This document shows positions 25,908-34,581 of a stretch of 64,000 bases of DNA, one piece after another (position 1 is the first letter of the stretch; each line of letters begins with the position of its first letter). The notes below the pieces were generated by a model. It was not told the origin of the DNA, searched no databases, and saw nothing but the letters and a program-made list of their open reading frames with translations. This stretch comes from a virus. Location: positions 1-64,000 of IMG/VR virus record IMGVR_UViG_3300022309_000001; one strand, written 5' to 3'. Made by a program: the position numbers and the translations under genes.

Positions 25908-26227
25908 CACGTCTCCTCCAGTTGCAACTCGCCAGCCTCGTCGATCCTCAGCCTGGTCGCGCCGGGCCAGGTGCTCAACCACTGGACGACGAAGCGCCGG
26001 GCTTCCTCCAGCGAAGTGGTGGCGCTCTTGGCCAGCGCATTGTCTAGGGTGTACGCGCACGACAGGTCGACGGCATCCATGGCGTACCACGGACCCTCAA
26101 TCGCGTCCCTGATGCTGTCGGCTTCCGGTCCTTGATCAAGCCCATCCCGTTCCAGCCGATCCAGCCGAATCGACAGGCGGATGTAGTCCACAAAGGCAGC
26201 CCGCGATTCGCCGCTTGCTCTGTCCAC
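25907..26227 (-). CDS. first gene of the leftward early operon, hypothetical
   Basis: GTG 26227 (or 26230) after AAGGAGGGA. The upstream part of the track ORF would overlap the promoter. Confidence 0.5.
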   Translation of the reverse strand: MDRASGESRAAFVDYIRLSIRLDRLERDGLDQGPEADSIRDAIEGPWYAMDAVDLSCAYTLDNALAKSATTSLEEARRFVVQWLSTWPGATRLRIDEAGELQLEET

Positions 26228-26273
26228 CACTCCCTCCTTGCGCCGCCCACTCGGCGCTCGTCCAGCATCGCGC

Positions 26274-26302
26274 ACACTACGCGCACTCAGCGGGCTTGTC
26301 AA
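26274..26302 (-). promoter_or_regulatory. leftward promoter TTGACA-N17-TAGTGT
   Basis: Minus-strand hexamers with a 17-nt spacer. Its -35 box overlaps the -35 box of the rightward promoter within CTTGTCAAG. Confidence 0.5.
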
Positions 26303-26324
26303 GCGCCTTCTCGTGTGCTAGGGT
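26296..26324 (+). promoter_or_regulatory. rightward promoter TTGTCA-N17-TAGGGT
   Basis: Plus-strand hexamers with a 17-nt spacer, about 30 nt upstream of AAGGAGGAG and ATG 26356. Confidence 0.5.
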
Positions 26325-26355
26325 GCCGGCTGCCGTTGTGAAGGAGGAGCCATTG

Positions 26356-26715
26356 ATGGGTACGAGGTTCGGCGCGGAGTTGCGCGAGCGTCGTCAGTCC
26401 GCCGGCCTGACGATGAGGGAGTTGGCGAAGGGGCTAGAAGTCTCGCTGTCCTACGTCTCCGACGTGGAGCGCGGGAGCAGACGGCCATGGAGCGAGGACA
26501 AGGTACGTGCTGCGGCTGCCCTCGTCCGGGCGGATCCGGACGAGTTCGCTGCCCTTGCTGCGGAGGGGCGCGGCGGCTTCGTCCTGCGTGCTGTCGGGGT
26601 GTCGGACCAGCACGTGCGCGTCGGGGCGGAGTTGCAGCGGGCCTGGGAGCGCCTGGGCGAGGATGGGCTGTCCGCCATCGGACGGGCGCTGGTGCGGTAC
26701 GGAGGTGGGCGATGA
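26356..26715 (+). CDS. XRE-family helix-turn-helix regulator (Cro/CI-like)
   Basis: GAELRERRQSAGLTMRELAKGLEVSLSYVSDVERGSRRP is a canonical HTH_3 motif. ATG 26356 follows AAGGAGGAG. Confidence 0.8.
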   Translation: MGTRFGAELRERRQSAGLTMRELAKGLEVSLSYVSDVERGSRRPWSEDKVRAAAALVRADPDEFAALAAEGRGGFVLRAVGVSDQHVRVGAELQRAWERLGEDGLSAIGRALVRYGGGR

Positions 26716-26981
26716 GCGGCACGGAGTCTGGCGTCCTGACTCCCGAGTTGCGCGCCTGGACGCGGCGCTTCTGCCGGCACCTGTGCGACGAGATCAACGC
26801 CATGGCCGAACGCGAGCAGCGAGGCCCTGGAGACGTACTGGAGTCGCTGACGTTTGTGGCTACTGCGATCATCAAGGCCAAAGCGAAGACCGCGCAGGCC
26901 ATGGCGGCCAAGGCGAACCAGGCGTTCCAGCGGCGCAACGTGGCATCCGGGCAGCGGCGCTCCGGTCGGAGCAAGAAGTGA
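26712..26981 (+). CDS. hypothetical protein
   Basis: ATGA-coupled internal start of track ORF 26487..26981; 89 aa. Confidence 0.5.
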   Translation: MSGTESGVLTPELRAWTRRFCRHLCDEINAMAEREQRGPGDVLESLTFVATAIIKAKAKTAQAMAAKANQAFQRRNVASGQRRSGRSKK

Positions 26982-27232
26982 CCGGCGTCCCTCGCCAAGA
27001 GGCTGTCGATCTGCTGCGTCGCCTGCGCGCTGACGCTGTGCGGTTCGACATCCGGCCTAGCCTGGCCGGCATCGGGATGGTGCGGCTTGAGGTGTTCCGG
27101 GCCGTGCGCGAAGCGCTGGAGCGGCACGGCTACTACGAGCTGCCGGTGCCAACGCGGGAGAAGTGGCTGGCTGCAATCGACGGGGCGATTGCTGAAATGG
27201 ATGGTGGAGATGACGGACGAGACGAGAAGTGA
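26978..27232 (+). CDS. small helical paralog-family protein (rightward copy 1)
   Basis: GTGA coupling. EAVDLLRRLRADAVR...ALERHGYYELPVPTREKWLAAIDGAIAEMD. Confidence 0.5.
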   Translation: MTGVPRQEAVDLLRRLRADAVRFDIRPSLAGIGMVRLEVFRAVREALERHGYYELPVPTREKWLAAIDGAIAEMDGGDDGRDEK

Positions 27233-27467
27233 AGCCATCCGGGTGCTGAAGCGCATGCGCTGCCTGGCTAAGATCCGGGTGCAAAGGCCATCCCTTCGGC
27301 TCATGCGCCCGGCAGACGTTGGACTGCTGAAGTGGATGCAGACCGACGTGGCGCGCGCCGTCGCGGATGCGCTCTCCGGTACGCGCTACTACCGGGAGAC
27401 CTTGCGGACCGGGTGGCTCGCGTCGCTAGATAAGGCCATCGCGTCCCTGGAGGCCAGCGATGCCTGA
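27201..27467 (+). CDS. small helical paralog-family protein (rightward copy 2)
   Basis: EAIRVLKRMRCLAKIRVQRPSLRLMRPADVGLLKWMQ...ALSGTRYYRETLRTGWLASLDKAIASLE. Start is 27201 or 27210. Confidence 0.5.
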   Translation: MVEMTDETRSEAIRVLKRMRCLAKIRVQRPSLRLMRPADVGLLKWMQTDVARAVADALSGTRYYRETLRTGWLASLDKAIASLEASDA

Positions 27468-27723
27468 CATGTGCCACATCATCCGGGACAACGCGTTCCG
27501 TCGCCTGGCTGCCGTGCGGATGCTCCAGGCGCTGCGCGAGGAAGTGGCCGCCTGTCCAGATGTCGCCGGCCCCGTTCCTTCGCCCGGCCGCAACATCCTG
27601 GATGCCGAGAACGCCTTGATGTGGGCCGGCTGGTACGCGCTCGATGAGTCGTCCACTCGCGAGGAGCGGCTTCGCGTAGTGGAGGCCGCCATCGCTAGCC
27701 TGGAGCGGCGGGACGCGCCATGA
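27460..27723 (+). CDS. small helical paralog-family protein (rightward copy 3)
   Basis: NAFRRLAAVRMLQALR...ALMWAGWYALDESSTREERLRVVEAAIASLE. Confidence 0.5.
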   Translation: MPDMCHIIRDNAFRRLAAVRMLQALREEVAACPDVAGPVPSPGRNILDAENALMWAGWYALDESSTREERLRVVEAAIASLERRDAP

Positions 27724-27914
27724 CTCCGGGAGCGCGTCGGGATGCACGCGAGGCCAGGCGCCAGCTTCTCGGGGCTTCGCGACGCCTGGAGATGCTGGCC
27801 GCGATGCTGAGGGCCTCCGGGCATGTGCGCTGTGAGGAGGTGGAGAAGGACTGCGGCGCGGTACGCAAGGCCACCAAACGGTTGACGTTGATGCTGGAGG
27901 AGCGGACGAGATGA
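27720..27914 (+). CDS. small basic helical protein
   Basis: 64 aa; ATGA coupling on both sides. Confidence 0.45.
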   Translation: MTPGARRDAREARRQLLGASRRLEMLAAMLRASGHVRCEEVEKDCGAVRKATKRLTLMLEERTR

Positions 27915-28444
27915 GCGACAAGACGCAGACTGGGGACGGGTGTCCAATCTCGCCCGCCAAGTTGTTGTTGGTATGTCTCAGGGGCGCGGTTCGGAGGCGT
28001 GCTCTGCCAAAGCTGGCGGACTTCACCGAGACGAGAGGCGAGGCGTTCGAGACGGCCTACAGCGCGCTGGAGGAAACCGGCTACTACTCTTCGGCCCCCA
28101 CCACCCCCAGGCGCCGCAGGAAGTGCATCGACGCTGCGCTAGCCGCCATCTCGGGCGAGAAGCAGCCCAAGGCGCGGGGGGGCGAAGTCGTGACGCGCAC
28201 CACGTACATTCAGGCCAGCGCGCTTCTGCATCGTTTGCGGCGCATCGTTGCAAAGGACGCCGACGCGGCGCTTGTGTCTGCGTGGAAGCGTGAAAGGTGC
28301 GTCGCATTCGCTGCCGCGCACGATGCTCTGATGCAGACCAGATTCTACAACCTGACGCGCTCGCGCCCGGCGATGGTTCGCGCGGTAGGCCACGCACTGC
28401 AACTGCTTGCCCGCGCCGCACTGAAGGCGAGGGCGACGCTATGA
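27911..28444 (+). CDS. fused double copy of the helical paralog family
   Basis: Two modules in one ORF: ...YSALEETGYYSSAPTTPRRRRKCIDAALAAIS and ...ALLHRLRRIVAKD...HDALMQTRFYNLTRSRPAMVRAVGHALQLL. Confidence 0.55.
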   Translation: MSDKTQTGDGCPISPAKLLLVCLRGAVRRRALPKLADFTETRGEAFETAYSALEETGYYSSAPTTPRRRRKCIDAALAAISGEKQPKARGGEVVTRTTYIQASALLHRLRRIVAKDADAALVSAWKRERCVAFAAAHDALMQTRFYNLTRSRPAMVRAVGHALQLLARAALKARATL

Positions 28445-28641
28445 CGCGTGCCGAGCTAGTCATCCGGAGCGCGCTCGTGGGTGTGCATCGAACGCAGAGG
28501 CGGCTGGAGGCAGCGCGCACTGCACTGGCGACGTTGGATTCAGATGACCGCGAACGCCTCGAACTGGAGGCCGCGCTCTATGGCGCTGGGCTCGTGGAGA
28601 AGAAGCTGCTGGCGCTCTTGGGCGCCAAGGGGAAGCCATGA
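28441..28641 (+). CDS. small helical protein
   Basis: ATGA-coupled internal start of the track ORF; 66 aa. Confidence 0.45.
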   Translation: MTRAELVIRSALVGVHRTQRRLEAARTALATLDSDDRERLELEAALYGAGLVEKKLLALLGAKGKP

Positions 28642-30317
28642 CGGAGACGACGGTGTTGACGGCGGAGAGGCCGTCCGACGATCAGTTTGACCGCGACTTC
28701 ACGGCCGGCTGTCGAGCCCCGGACTGGGGTGAGCGGAGTTGTACGGCCGCCATCGAGGAGCTTCACGCCGAAGCCACGCGCGCCCGCGCTGGAGAGGCCA
28801 CCCTCCTCGCCGCACTCGAAGCGGCGCAGGAAGCGCTGGTGAAGGCGGAGTGGGAGCGCGACGAAACGTTTACCGCGCTCACGACCGCCGAGGGCGCGCT
28901 TGATGTTGCTGGTGGTCGCGCAGACCGCGCGAACGCGGAGCGCGACGAGGCCCTCGCCCGGCGCAAGGACGCCCTCGACTCGCTGTCCGCGATGACGCTC
29001 AAGCGGGACGCCCTCGTGGCCGAGAGGGATGCCATGGTGCTGGAGTCCGCGAACCTCGCGGCGCGGGTGGCGGAGCTGGAGGGGGCGCTTGCGGCGGCGA
29101 CAGAGCGGAACAAGGCATGGCGCGAGCGGGCATGGACCGTAATTGCCGCGCACGACCGCTTCATGGAGTCGGCTCACTACAGCGTCACCTATCGCGACTC
29201 GGATTCCGAGGCGCTCGATGTCGCCAGGCTGACTCAAATCGGCAAGCTGCGCGCCCTCGCCGCCGCCCTTCCCGAGCAGGCGCCCGGCATGGAGACTTGC
29301 GCCCGGGACGTGTGGCGGTGCTCGGGATGCGGCGAGATGCTCGACAACCCGCCGGGGACGGCCTGGCGCTGGAACGGGAAGGCGTGGGAGCACCGCTGCC
29401 CCGAGCGAGACCCGCAGGCCGGCTACGAGCCCGCCAAGAACTTCGGGCCGCGCGTGGCGCCCGGGCAGGCGCCCCGGACGGACGACGCGAAGGTGCGCGA
29501 GAGGCTCGCGCGCCTGGAATGGGCATTTCCAGCGCTGGACGGTCGCGGCTCATGCTTCTACTGCCTGCGAGTCCGCGAGGAGGGCCACGTCGGCGGATGC
29601 CCGGTCGCCGAGGTGTTGGCGCAAAGCCCGCCCCGGACGGCTGACGAAGCGCGCCCGGCCCTCCCCTGGCCCGCAACGGCGAACGCGATGCACGCCTGTG
29701 CAGACGCATTTCCTGACGTAGAGGTTGGGCACATCTACAACGTGTGCGAGCACCCGACAACGGCGGAGCACCGCACTCGAGATCTTGCGCTAGTAACCTG
29801 CCTTGATTGCCTGCGTGAGATCGCCTGGCAGCGGGGCGAGCACCTTGGGTCCGCGCGCCCGGCCGACGTGGGCGCGGCGCCCCCCGCCTCCACCGGGGTG
29901 GCGGAGTTCGACGCACAGATGCGGCGCGAGCTGGGGCTGGAGGCGCCCCCCGCCTCCACCGGGACGGACATTGGTAAATGCGCGACCTGTGTTCGCGCGC
30001 GGGACGACAGTTGCGCTCGCATGCACAAGACAGAAATCGGACCTCTGGTGTGCCCAGACTACCAGGGCAATTCCGAAGCCCCCACCGGGACGGCGCCCGA
30101 CCTCTCCCGGTTCGGCGACATGGCAGCGGAGGAGGCGCGGAAGCTGGGGGTGGCCGGGGACCCGCTCTGTGCGCGGGACCTCGGGGGCGTGCTCCCATGC
30201 GCGCATCGCAAATCGGAACACAGGCCGCAGTGCTGCGGCAACCAGCCGGGCGAAACAATCTGCCCTTGCCACCTCTTCGTCTCGCCGGGCGCCGGAGAGA
30301 GCGAGGGGGCGCCATGA
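28638..30317 (+). CDS. large coiled-coil protein with Cys/Trp-rich modules
   Basis: 559 aa. N-terminal half is Ala/Glu/Arg coiled coil. Then WRCSGCGEML...WRWNGKAWEHRCPE, CFYCL, CLDCL and CATCV motifs. Confidence 0.6.
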   Translation: MTETTVLTAERPSDDQFDRDFTAGCRAPDWGERSCTAAIEELHAEATRARAGEATLLAALEAAQEALVKAEWERDETFTALTTAEGALDVAGGRADRANAERDEALARRKDALDSLSAMTLKRDALVAERDAMVLESANLAARVAELEGALAAATERNKAWRERAWTVIAAHDRFMESAHYSVTYRDSDSEALDVARLTQIGKLRALAAALPEQAPGMETCARDVWRCSGCGEMLDNPPGTAWRWNGKAWEHRCPERDPQAGYEPAKNFGPRVAPGQAPRTDDAKVRERLARLEWAFPALDGRGSCFYCLRVREEGHVGGCPVAEVLAQSPPRTADEARPALPWPATANAMHACADAFPDVEVGHIYNVCEHPTTAEHRTRDLALVTCLDCLREIAWQRGEHLGSARPADVGAAPPASTGVAEFDAQMRRELGLEAPPASTGTDIGKCATCVRARDDSCARMHKTEIGPLVCPDYQGNSEAPTGTAPDLSRFGDMAAEEARKLGVAGDPLCARDLGGVLPCAHRKSEHRPQCCGNQPGETICPCHLFVSPGAGESEGAP

Positions 30318-30625
30318 GCGGCCGGCCAACTCCCGAGATGGCGGAGCAACTGCTCGCTGTTCTGTCTGCGAGCATGTCCAACCTGGCGAGCCTGCGCTCC
30401 ATGACGGACGAGCGCAAGCGGCTCAACGCTGAGATCGCCAAGGCCGAAGAGCGCGAGGCCGAGTTGGGGAAGGAGATTTGCCGGCTTCTGGGCTCCATGG
30501 ACTGCAACACGGTCGGCAACTATGGGTACGAGGGGCGGATCGGGTGGCTGTTCCGGGAGATGCTCCGGCTCGACCGGAAGCAGCGCGAGGCGCCGGGCGC
30601 CGGAGAGAGCGAGGGGACGCCATGA
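30314..30625 (+). CDS. hypothetical coiled-coil protein
   Basis: ATGA coupling. Ends APGAGESEGTP, like the preceding gene. Confidence 0.5.
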   Translation: MSGRPTPEMAEQLLAVLSASMSNLASLRSMTDERKRLNAEIAKAEEREAELGKEICRLLGSMDCNTVGNYGYEGRIGWLFREMLRLDRKQREAPGAGESEGTP

Positions 30626-30837
30626 CGGCGACCGAGGCGATTCGAAAGCTCGGCGCCATGCTTGAGACGGCGCGGCGCGCGGAAGCGTCGGGGCGCGAAA
30701 CTTTGGCGGCCGGCTTGCGCAATCCGCCTTCGAGCTTCGGTTATCGCGCTCTTTCACGCGCTTGCGCGGATCTGGGCGAGGAACAGGACGCGCTCGCCGT
30801 GGCAATCGCGGCAGTCAAGCGGGAGGTGCTTCGGTGA
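30622..30837 (+). CDS. small helical protein (RNPP motif, copy 1)
   Basis: LAAGLRNPPSSFGYRALSRACADLGEEQDALAVAIAAV parallels 31042..31260. Confidence 0.5.
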   Translation: MTATEAIRKLGAMLETARRAEASGRETLAAGLRNPPSSFGYRALSRACADLGEEQDALAVAIAAVKREVLR

Positions 30838-31049
30838 TGCGCGACTGCCAAAGCGTCAACCACCAGGGGCCGCGAGCCTCCGACGAGACGTGGGAGTGTC
30901 CCTGCTGCAAGAAGATCTGTTGCTACGACTGCGAGGGCACGGCAGACGACGACGATCCGTTCGAGGATTCTTGCGACGACTGCTGGGGCGCGCTTCACGA
31001 TCTTTACGATCTGATGATGACCGACATGGAGGACGGGCGCCATGCGTGA
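30837..31049 (+). CDS. acidic Cys-rich protein
   Basis: TGATG coupling; contains CPCCKKICCYDCEG...CDDC. Confidence 0.5.
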   Translation: MRDCQSVNHQGPRASDETWECPCCKKICCYDCEGTADDDDPFEDSCDDCWGALHDLYDLMMTDMEDGRHA

Positions 31050-31260
31050 CAAGCTCAATCGGTACATCGACGCCTACAGGAAGGCCCGGAAGCGATGGCG
31101 GTCCGCAAACGCGCGGCTCGCGGCGGCACAGCGAAACCCGCCCCTCGGGGTGTTTGGCTCGGAGATGTTGAACGACCTGACCGGAGCGCGCGACTCGGCC
31201 TGGGTCGCCATGGCCTACGCGGCGATCAGTGTGGCCAACGCGGAGGACCGCAATGGGTGA
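31042..31260 (+). CDS. small helical protein (RNPP motif, copy 2)
   Basis: LAAAQRNPPLGVFGSEMLNDLTGARDSAWVAMAYAAISV. Confidence 0.5.
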   Translation: MRDKLNRYIDAYRKARKRWRSANARLAAAQRNPPLGVFGSEMLNDLTGARDSAWVAMAYAAISVANAEDRNG

Positions 31261-32020
31261 GCAGACGAAGATCGCGTGGACTGATGCCACCTGGAACCCG
31301 TGGCAGGGGTGCCGGAAGGTGAATCCGGACTGCGCCGGATGCTACATGTACCGCGACAAAAAGCGCTACGGGCAGGACCCGCTCGACATTCACCGCTCGT
31401 CGGCGCGGACGTTCAATCTGCCGCTTCGGCTCAAGGATCCGGCGCGCGTGTTCGTCTGCTCGTGGTCCGACTTTTTCATCGAGGAGGCGGACGCCTGGCG
31501 TTCGGAGGCGTGGGAGATCATCCGGCGCTCGCCGCACCTGACGTTTCAGATCCCGACAAAGCGCCCGGAGAGGATCCGCCAGTGCCTCCCGTCTGACTGG
31601 GGCGACGGCTGGCCCAACGTCTGGCTCGGCGTGAGCGCCGGGCACCGCAAGGCGTGGGACACGTTCGTCCCCATCCTCCAGGGCATCCCGGCGGCCCTCC
31701 GGTGGGTGAGCATCGAACCCCAGATCGAGGGCTTCCTTCCGGACGCGGGCACCCTGGACGGCATCTCGTGGCTGGTGGTTGGCGGGGCATCGGGTGGGCT
31801 GGACGCGCCACCGTTCGATCCCCAGTGGGTGCGGGAGTGGCTCTCGCTCTCGCTCCGGAGGCCGGGGATTGCTGTCTACGTCAAGCAATTCGGCTCGGTC
31901 TGGGCGCGGCGGAACGGCAGCACCAGCGCGCACGATGCTGGCGCAGACCCCGTCCAATGGCCCGCTGACACGCGTGTCCGTGAGTTCCCAGATGTGCGCG
32001 GCGGTCGGTGCGAGCCGTGA
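31253..32020 (+). CDS. phage Gp37/Gp68 family protein (DUF5131)
   Basis: N-terminus TKIAWTDATWNPWQGCRKVNPDCAGCYM and later FVCSWSDFF, WVSIEPQ, VVGGASG are hallmark motifs of this family. Confidence 0.8.
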   Translation: MGEQTKIAWTDATWNPWQGCRKVNPDCAGCYMYRDKKRYGQDPLDIHRSSARTFNLPLRLKDPARVFVCSWSDFFIEEADAWRSEAWEIIRRSPHLTFQIPTKRPERIRQCLPSDWGDGWPNVWLGVSAGHRKAWDTFVPILQGIPAALRWVSIEPQIEGFLPDAGTLDGISWLVVGGASGGLDAPPFDPQWVREWLSLSLRRPGIAVYVKQFGSVWARRNGSTSAHDAGADPVQWPADTRVREFPDVRGGRCEP

Positions 32021-32235
32021 GCCTCAAACGCTGTGGTTCCAGGAAGCAGGTGCGCGAGCTGTTGAGCGGATCAACCCGTCCGACCTACTGCAACCTTCCG
32101 GCTGGCCACGATGGCGAGCAACACGAGGACGCCTGGGGCTATCGGTGGAAGCGTGGTCAGGTCCAAGTCCGCAAGCCGGCCGGGCAGCCATCCGGAGACC
32201 TGTTTGCGCCATGCGCCAGGGAGGACTTGCAGTGA
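32017..32235 (+). CDS. hypothetical protein
   Basis: GTGA-coupled start; 72 aa. Confidence 0.4.
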   Translation: MSLKRCGSRKQVRELLSGSTRPTYCNLPAGHDGEQHEDAWGYRWKRGQVQVRKPAGQPSGDLFAPCAREDLQ

Positions 32236-32468
32236 CAAATCTCCGCGCAACACTGACCGCTGTGGGGCGCCGGCTGGATGCCCTGGCCGGCCTGGGTCAA
32301 CGACGGTGCCCGGCATCCCACGCTTCCGAGACACTGGTACAAGTGTGGATGTGGGCGCTCTGCTGGGAGCCGTGCCGGTGCGTGCGCGAGGAGAGCCACA
32401 AGGGGCAGCACCGGAACGCTCTGGGAGAACGCTGGAGAGCGAAGACCAAGGAGCAACAAGATGTCTAG
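32232..32468 (+). CDS. hypothetical protein
   Basis: GTGA-coupled internal start of track ORF 31779..32468. Confidence 0.4.
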   Translation: MTNLRATLTAVGRRLDALAGLGQRRCPASHASETLVQVWMWALCWEPCRCVREESHKGQHRNALGERWRAKTKEQQDV

Positions 32469-32790
32469 CAGCGCCTGCCGCCTGTGCGCCCTTGGTGCAG
32501 CCCGAACCGAGCGCGGCACCCACTACGTAGACCGGAGCGGCAAGCTCGTCGAGGAGATCTGCCCGGCTGTCCGCCTGGCATCGGCCGAGGCAGAGCAGGC
32601 GCTTCGGGACGCCTTCTCGGTTGCGACCGGGCACGTTGGGTGCGGCGACAGCGCTTGTGAGTTCGTCCCACGCGTGCGCGGGATGGCGGCGAGCAGCGGG
32701 TGCCGCTGCAAGCACCGGGCGTTCGCCACCTCGGCGCTGGCCGGTCTGTACCGGGCCGTCGAGCAGTACCTCCAGGGAGTGGCGAGGTGA
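32461..32790 (+). CDS. hypothetical Cys-containing protein
   Basis: ATG 32461; 109 aa. Confidence 0.45.
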   Translation: MSSSACRLCALGAARTERGTHYVDRSGKLVEEICPAVRLASAEAEQALRDAFSVATGHVGCGDSACEFVPRVRGMAASSGCRCKHRAFATSALAGLYRAVEQYLQGVAR

Positions 32791-33311
32791 CGAGGGCGGC
32801 ACGCGCCGGTCCGCCGAAGCCCTACGCCGGGCAGCCTGGCGTGTGCTGTTGGTGTGGCGGCGCGCTGCCCAAGGGCCGGCGGAGTTGGTGCTCCCAGCGG
32901 TGTGTCGATGAATACCTAATCCAGACTCCGGCGGGGTTGCGGGAGGCAGTGTTGAAGCGCGATCATGGCGTCTGCGCGCAGTGTGGACGAGACTGTGAGG
33001 GCCTCAAGAATCGCCTGGACGCCATCGTCTGGGGCTTCTACCGAGGAGTGTTGGGCGAGCAGGCGTTACGCGGTCTGCTGTGGAAGCGCATGCTGGATCG
33101 CCTCGGCCTTCGGACAGCGCTAGGTTATCTGCGCTCGTTCTGGGAGGCGGACCATATCGTACCCTTGTGCGAGGGTGGAACGAATGTTCTAGACAACCTC
33201 CGCACTCTGTGCATATGCTGCCACAAGTCCGAGACGGCGGCGCTGGCCAAGAGACGTGCAGCAAGGCGTCGGCAGCAGTTGTCGCTTGAGCTGGAGGGAG
33301 ACGATGACTGA
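32787..33311 (+). CDS. HNH endonuclease
   Basis: CCWCG...RDHGVCAQCG...EADHIVPLCEGGTNVLDNLRTLCICCHKSET; GTGA coupling. Confidence 0.8.
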   Translation: MTRAARAGPPKPYAGQPGVCCWCGGALPKGRRSWCSQRCVDEYLIQTPAGLREAVLKRDHGVCAQCGRDCEGLKNRLDAIVWGFYRGVLGEQALRGLLWKRMLDRLGLRTALGYLRSFWEADHIVPLCEGGTNVLDNLRTLCICCHKSETAALAKRRAARRRQQLSLELEGDDD

Positions 33312-33531
33312 GCAGCGCAAGACGAGCATCGGGACTTGCATCATCGAAGGACTCGGGCGACCAGAGTACGCCGGCCTTCCGACGCTGAACCTCGAGTGCC
33401 CGGAGTGCGGTTCGAGGTGGGTTGCTAAGCCCCGGCCGGATGGGCTCGGCTACGACTTGCAGATCTGCCCGAACGCGCAGTGCCAGAAGGCGCAGCGGGA
33501 CAGGGCAGCGGCGGAGGTGCCGACGCCATGA
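33304..33531 (+). CDS. zinc-ribbon protein
   Basis: CPECGSRW...CPNAQC; 75 aa. Confidence 0.5.
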   Translation: MTEQRKTSIGTCIIEGLGRPEYAGLPTLNLECPECGSRWVAKPRPDGLGYDLQICPNAQCQKAQRDRAAAEVPTP

Positions 33532-34361
33532 ACAAGCCAAAGGAACGTCCGATCCTTTTCTCGACGGAGATGATGCGCCGGCTGTTGGCCGGCGAGAAGA
33601 CACAGACCCGGAGGCTCATCGAGTGGCAGCCGCTCGAGGAGGGCTTGAGCCTCAGCTTCAGCGGGCTGTCGGTCGGCGAGTACTGCACCGGAGACCGGCG
33701 GAGCGGCTACGTCCTGCGCTCGCAGAGCGGCGGCTGCTGGCAGGACCGCACGATGCCGCTGAAGTGCAAGCTGGGATACGCGGGGGACTTGCTCTGGACG
33801 CGCGAGGCGTGGGCGCAGCTTCGGGGGTGCGCACCGAGTGACCGGGCTCGCACAATCAGCCGCCACAACAGGTCCTGTGATGTCATCTGGCGTGCGGATG
33901 GTCCATTTGTGTGGGGCCAAACTGACGCGAGGCTGTGGCTGCCGGGCGACCCTTCTCCAGACTCCGAAATCCCATGGCGCCCATCCATCCACATGCCGCG
34001 CTGGGCCTCCCGCTGCACACTGGAACTGACGCGCGACCGGCTGCCCGAGCGTCTCCGGAGCATCACCGAGGAGGACGCAATGGCTGAGGGCTTCCGGCCT
34101 GTGGTGCATGAGAGCTGGTCGGCGTTCGATCCACACACCGAGGCTTATCCGGAGTTCATGTCCGAGCCGACAGCCGAGGATATCGCCCGCTTCGGCTACC
34201 AGAACGTCCGTCACCACGGGCCGAAGGTCATCGCCACCGCGCGCGACGCCTTCAGGACGTACTGGGACGGCCAGTACGGCAAGCGAGACGGTGGGCGCTG
34301 CTCCTGGGATGCGAATCCATGGGTGCAGCCGTACGAGTTCAAGGTGGTGAATCGTGGCTAG
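33528..34361 (+). CDS. phage protein with ASCH/PUA-like N-terminal motif (copy 1)
   Basis: PILFSTEMMRRLLAGEKTQTRR and HMPRWASRCTLELT...ITEEDAMAEGF. Paralogous to 36216..36917. Fold assignment is tentative. Confidence 0.45.
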   Translation: MNKPKERPILFSTEMMRRLLAGEKTQTRRLIEWQPLEEGLSLSFSGLSVGEYCTGDRRSGYVLRSQSGGCWQDRTMPLKCKLGYAGDLLWTREAWAQLRGCAPSDRARTISRHNRSCDVIWRADGPFVWGQTDARLWLPGDPSPDSEIPWRPSIHMPRWASRCTLELTRDRLPERLRSITEEDAMAEGFRPVVHESWSAFDPHTEAYPEFMSEPTAEDIARFGYQNVRHHGPKVIATARDAFRTYWDGQYGKRDGGRCSWDANPWVQPYEFKVVNRG

Positions 34362-34581
34362 AAAGAAGCCCTGCCTTCAGTGCCCGAAGTGCCGGTCTGA
34401 CGTGCCTGGCAGCCTGACGTTCGCGGTGCCAGATGAAGGCGGCCGAGGCTGGCCTCGTTGGCTTGCGTACGATGGAGACCGGCACGCCTGCCCGTCCTGT
34501 GGGGCTGAACTAGTCGTCGATGTGACGGACGACTATTCCGAAGACAGCGTGGCATCGTTGGTGGAGGTGAAGCGTGGATAA
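34354..34581 (+). CDS. zinc-ribbon protein
   Basis: CLQCPKC...CPSCG; 75 aa. Confidence 0.5.
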   Translation: MARKKPCLQCPKCRSDVPGSLTFAVPDEGGRGWPRWLAYDGDRHACPSCGAELVVDVTDDYSEDSVASLVEVKRG

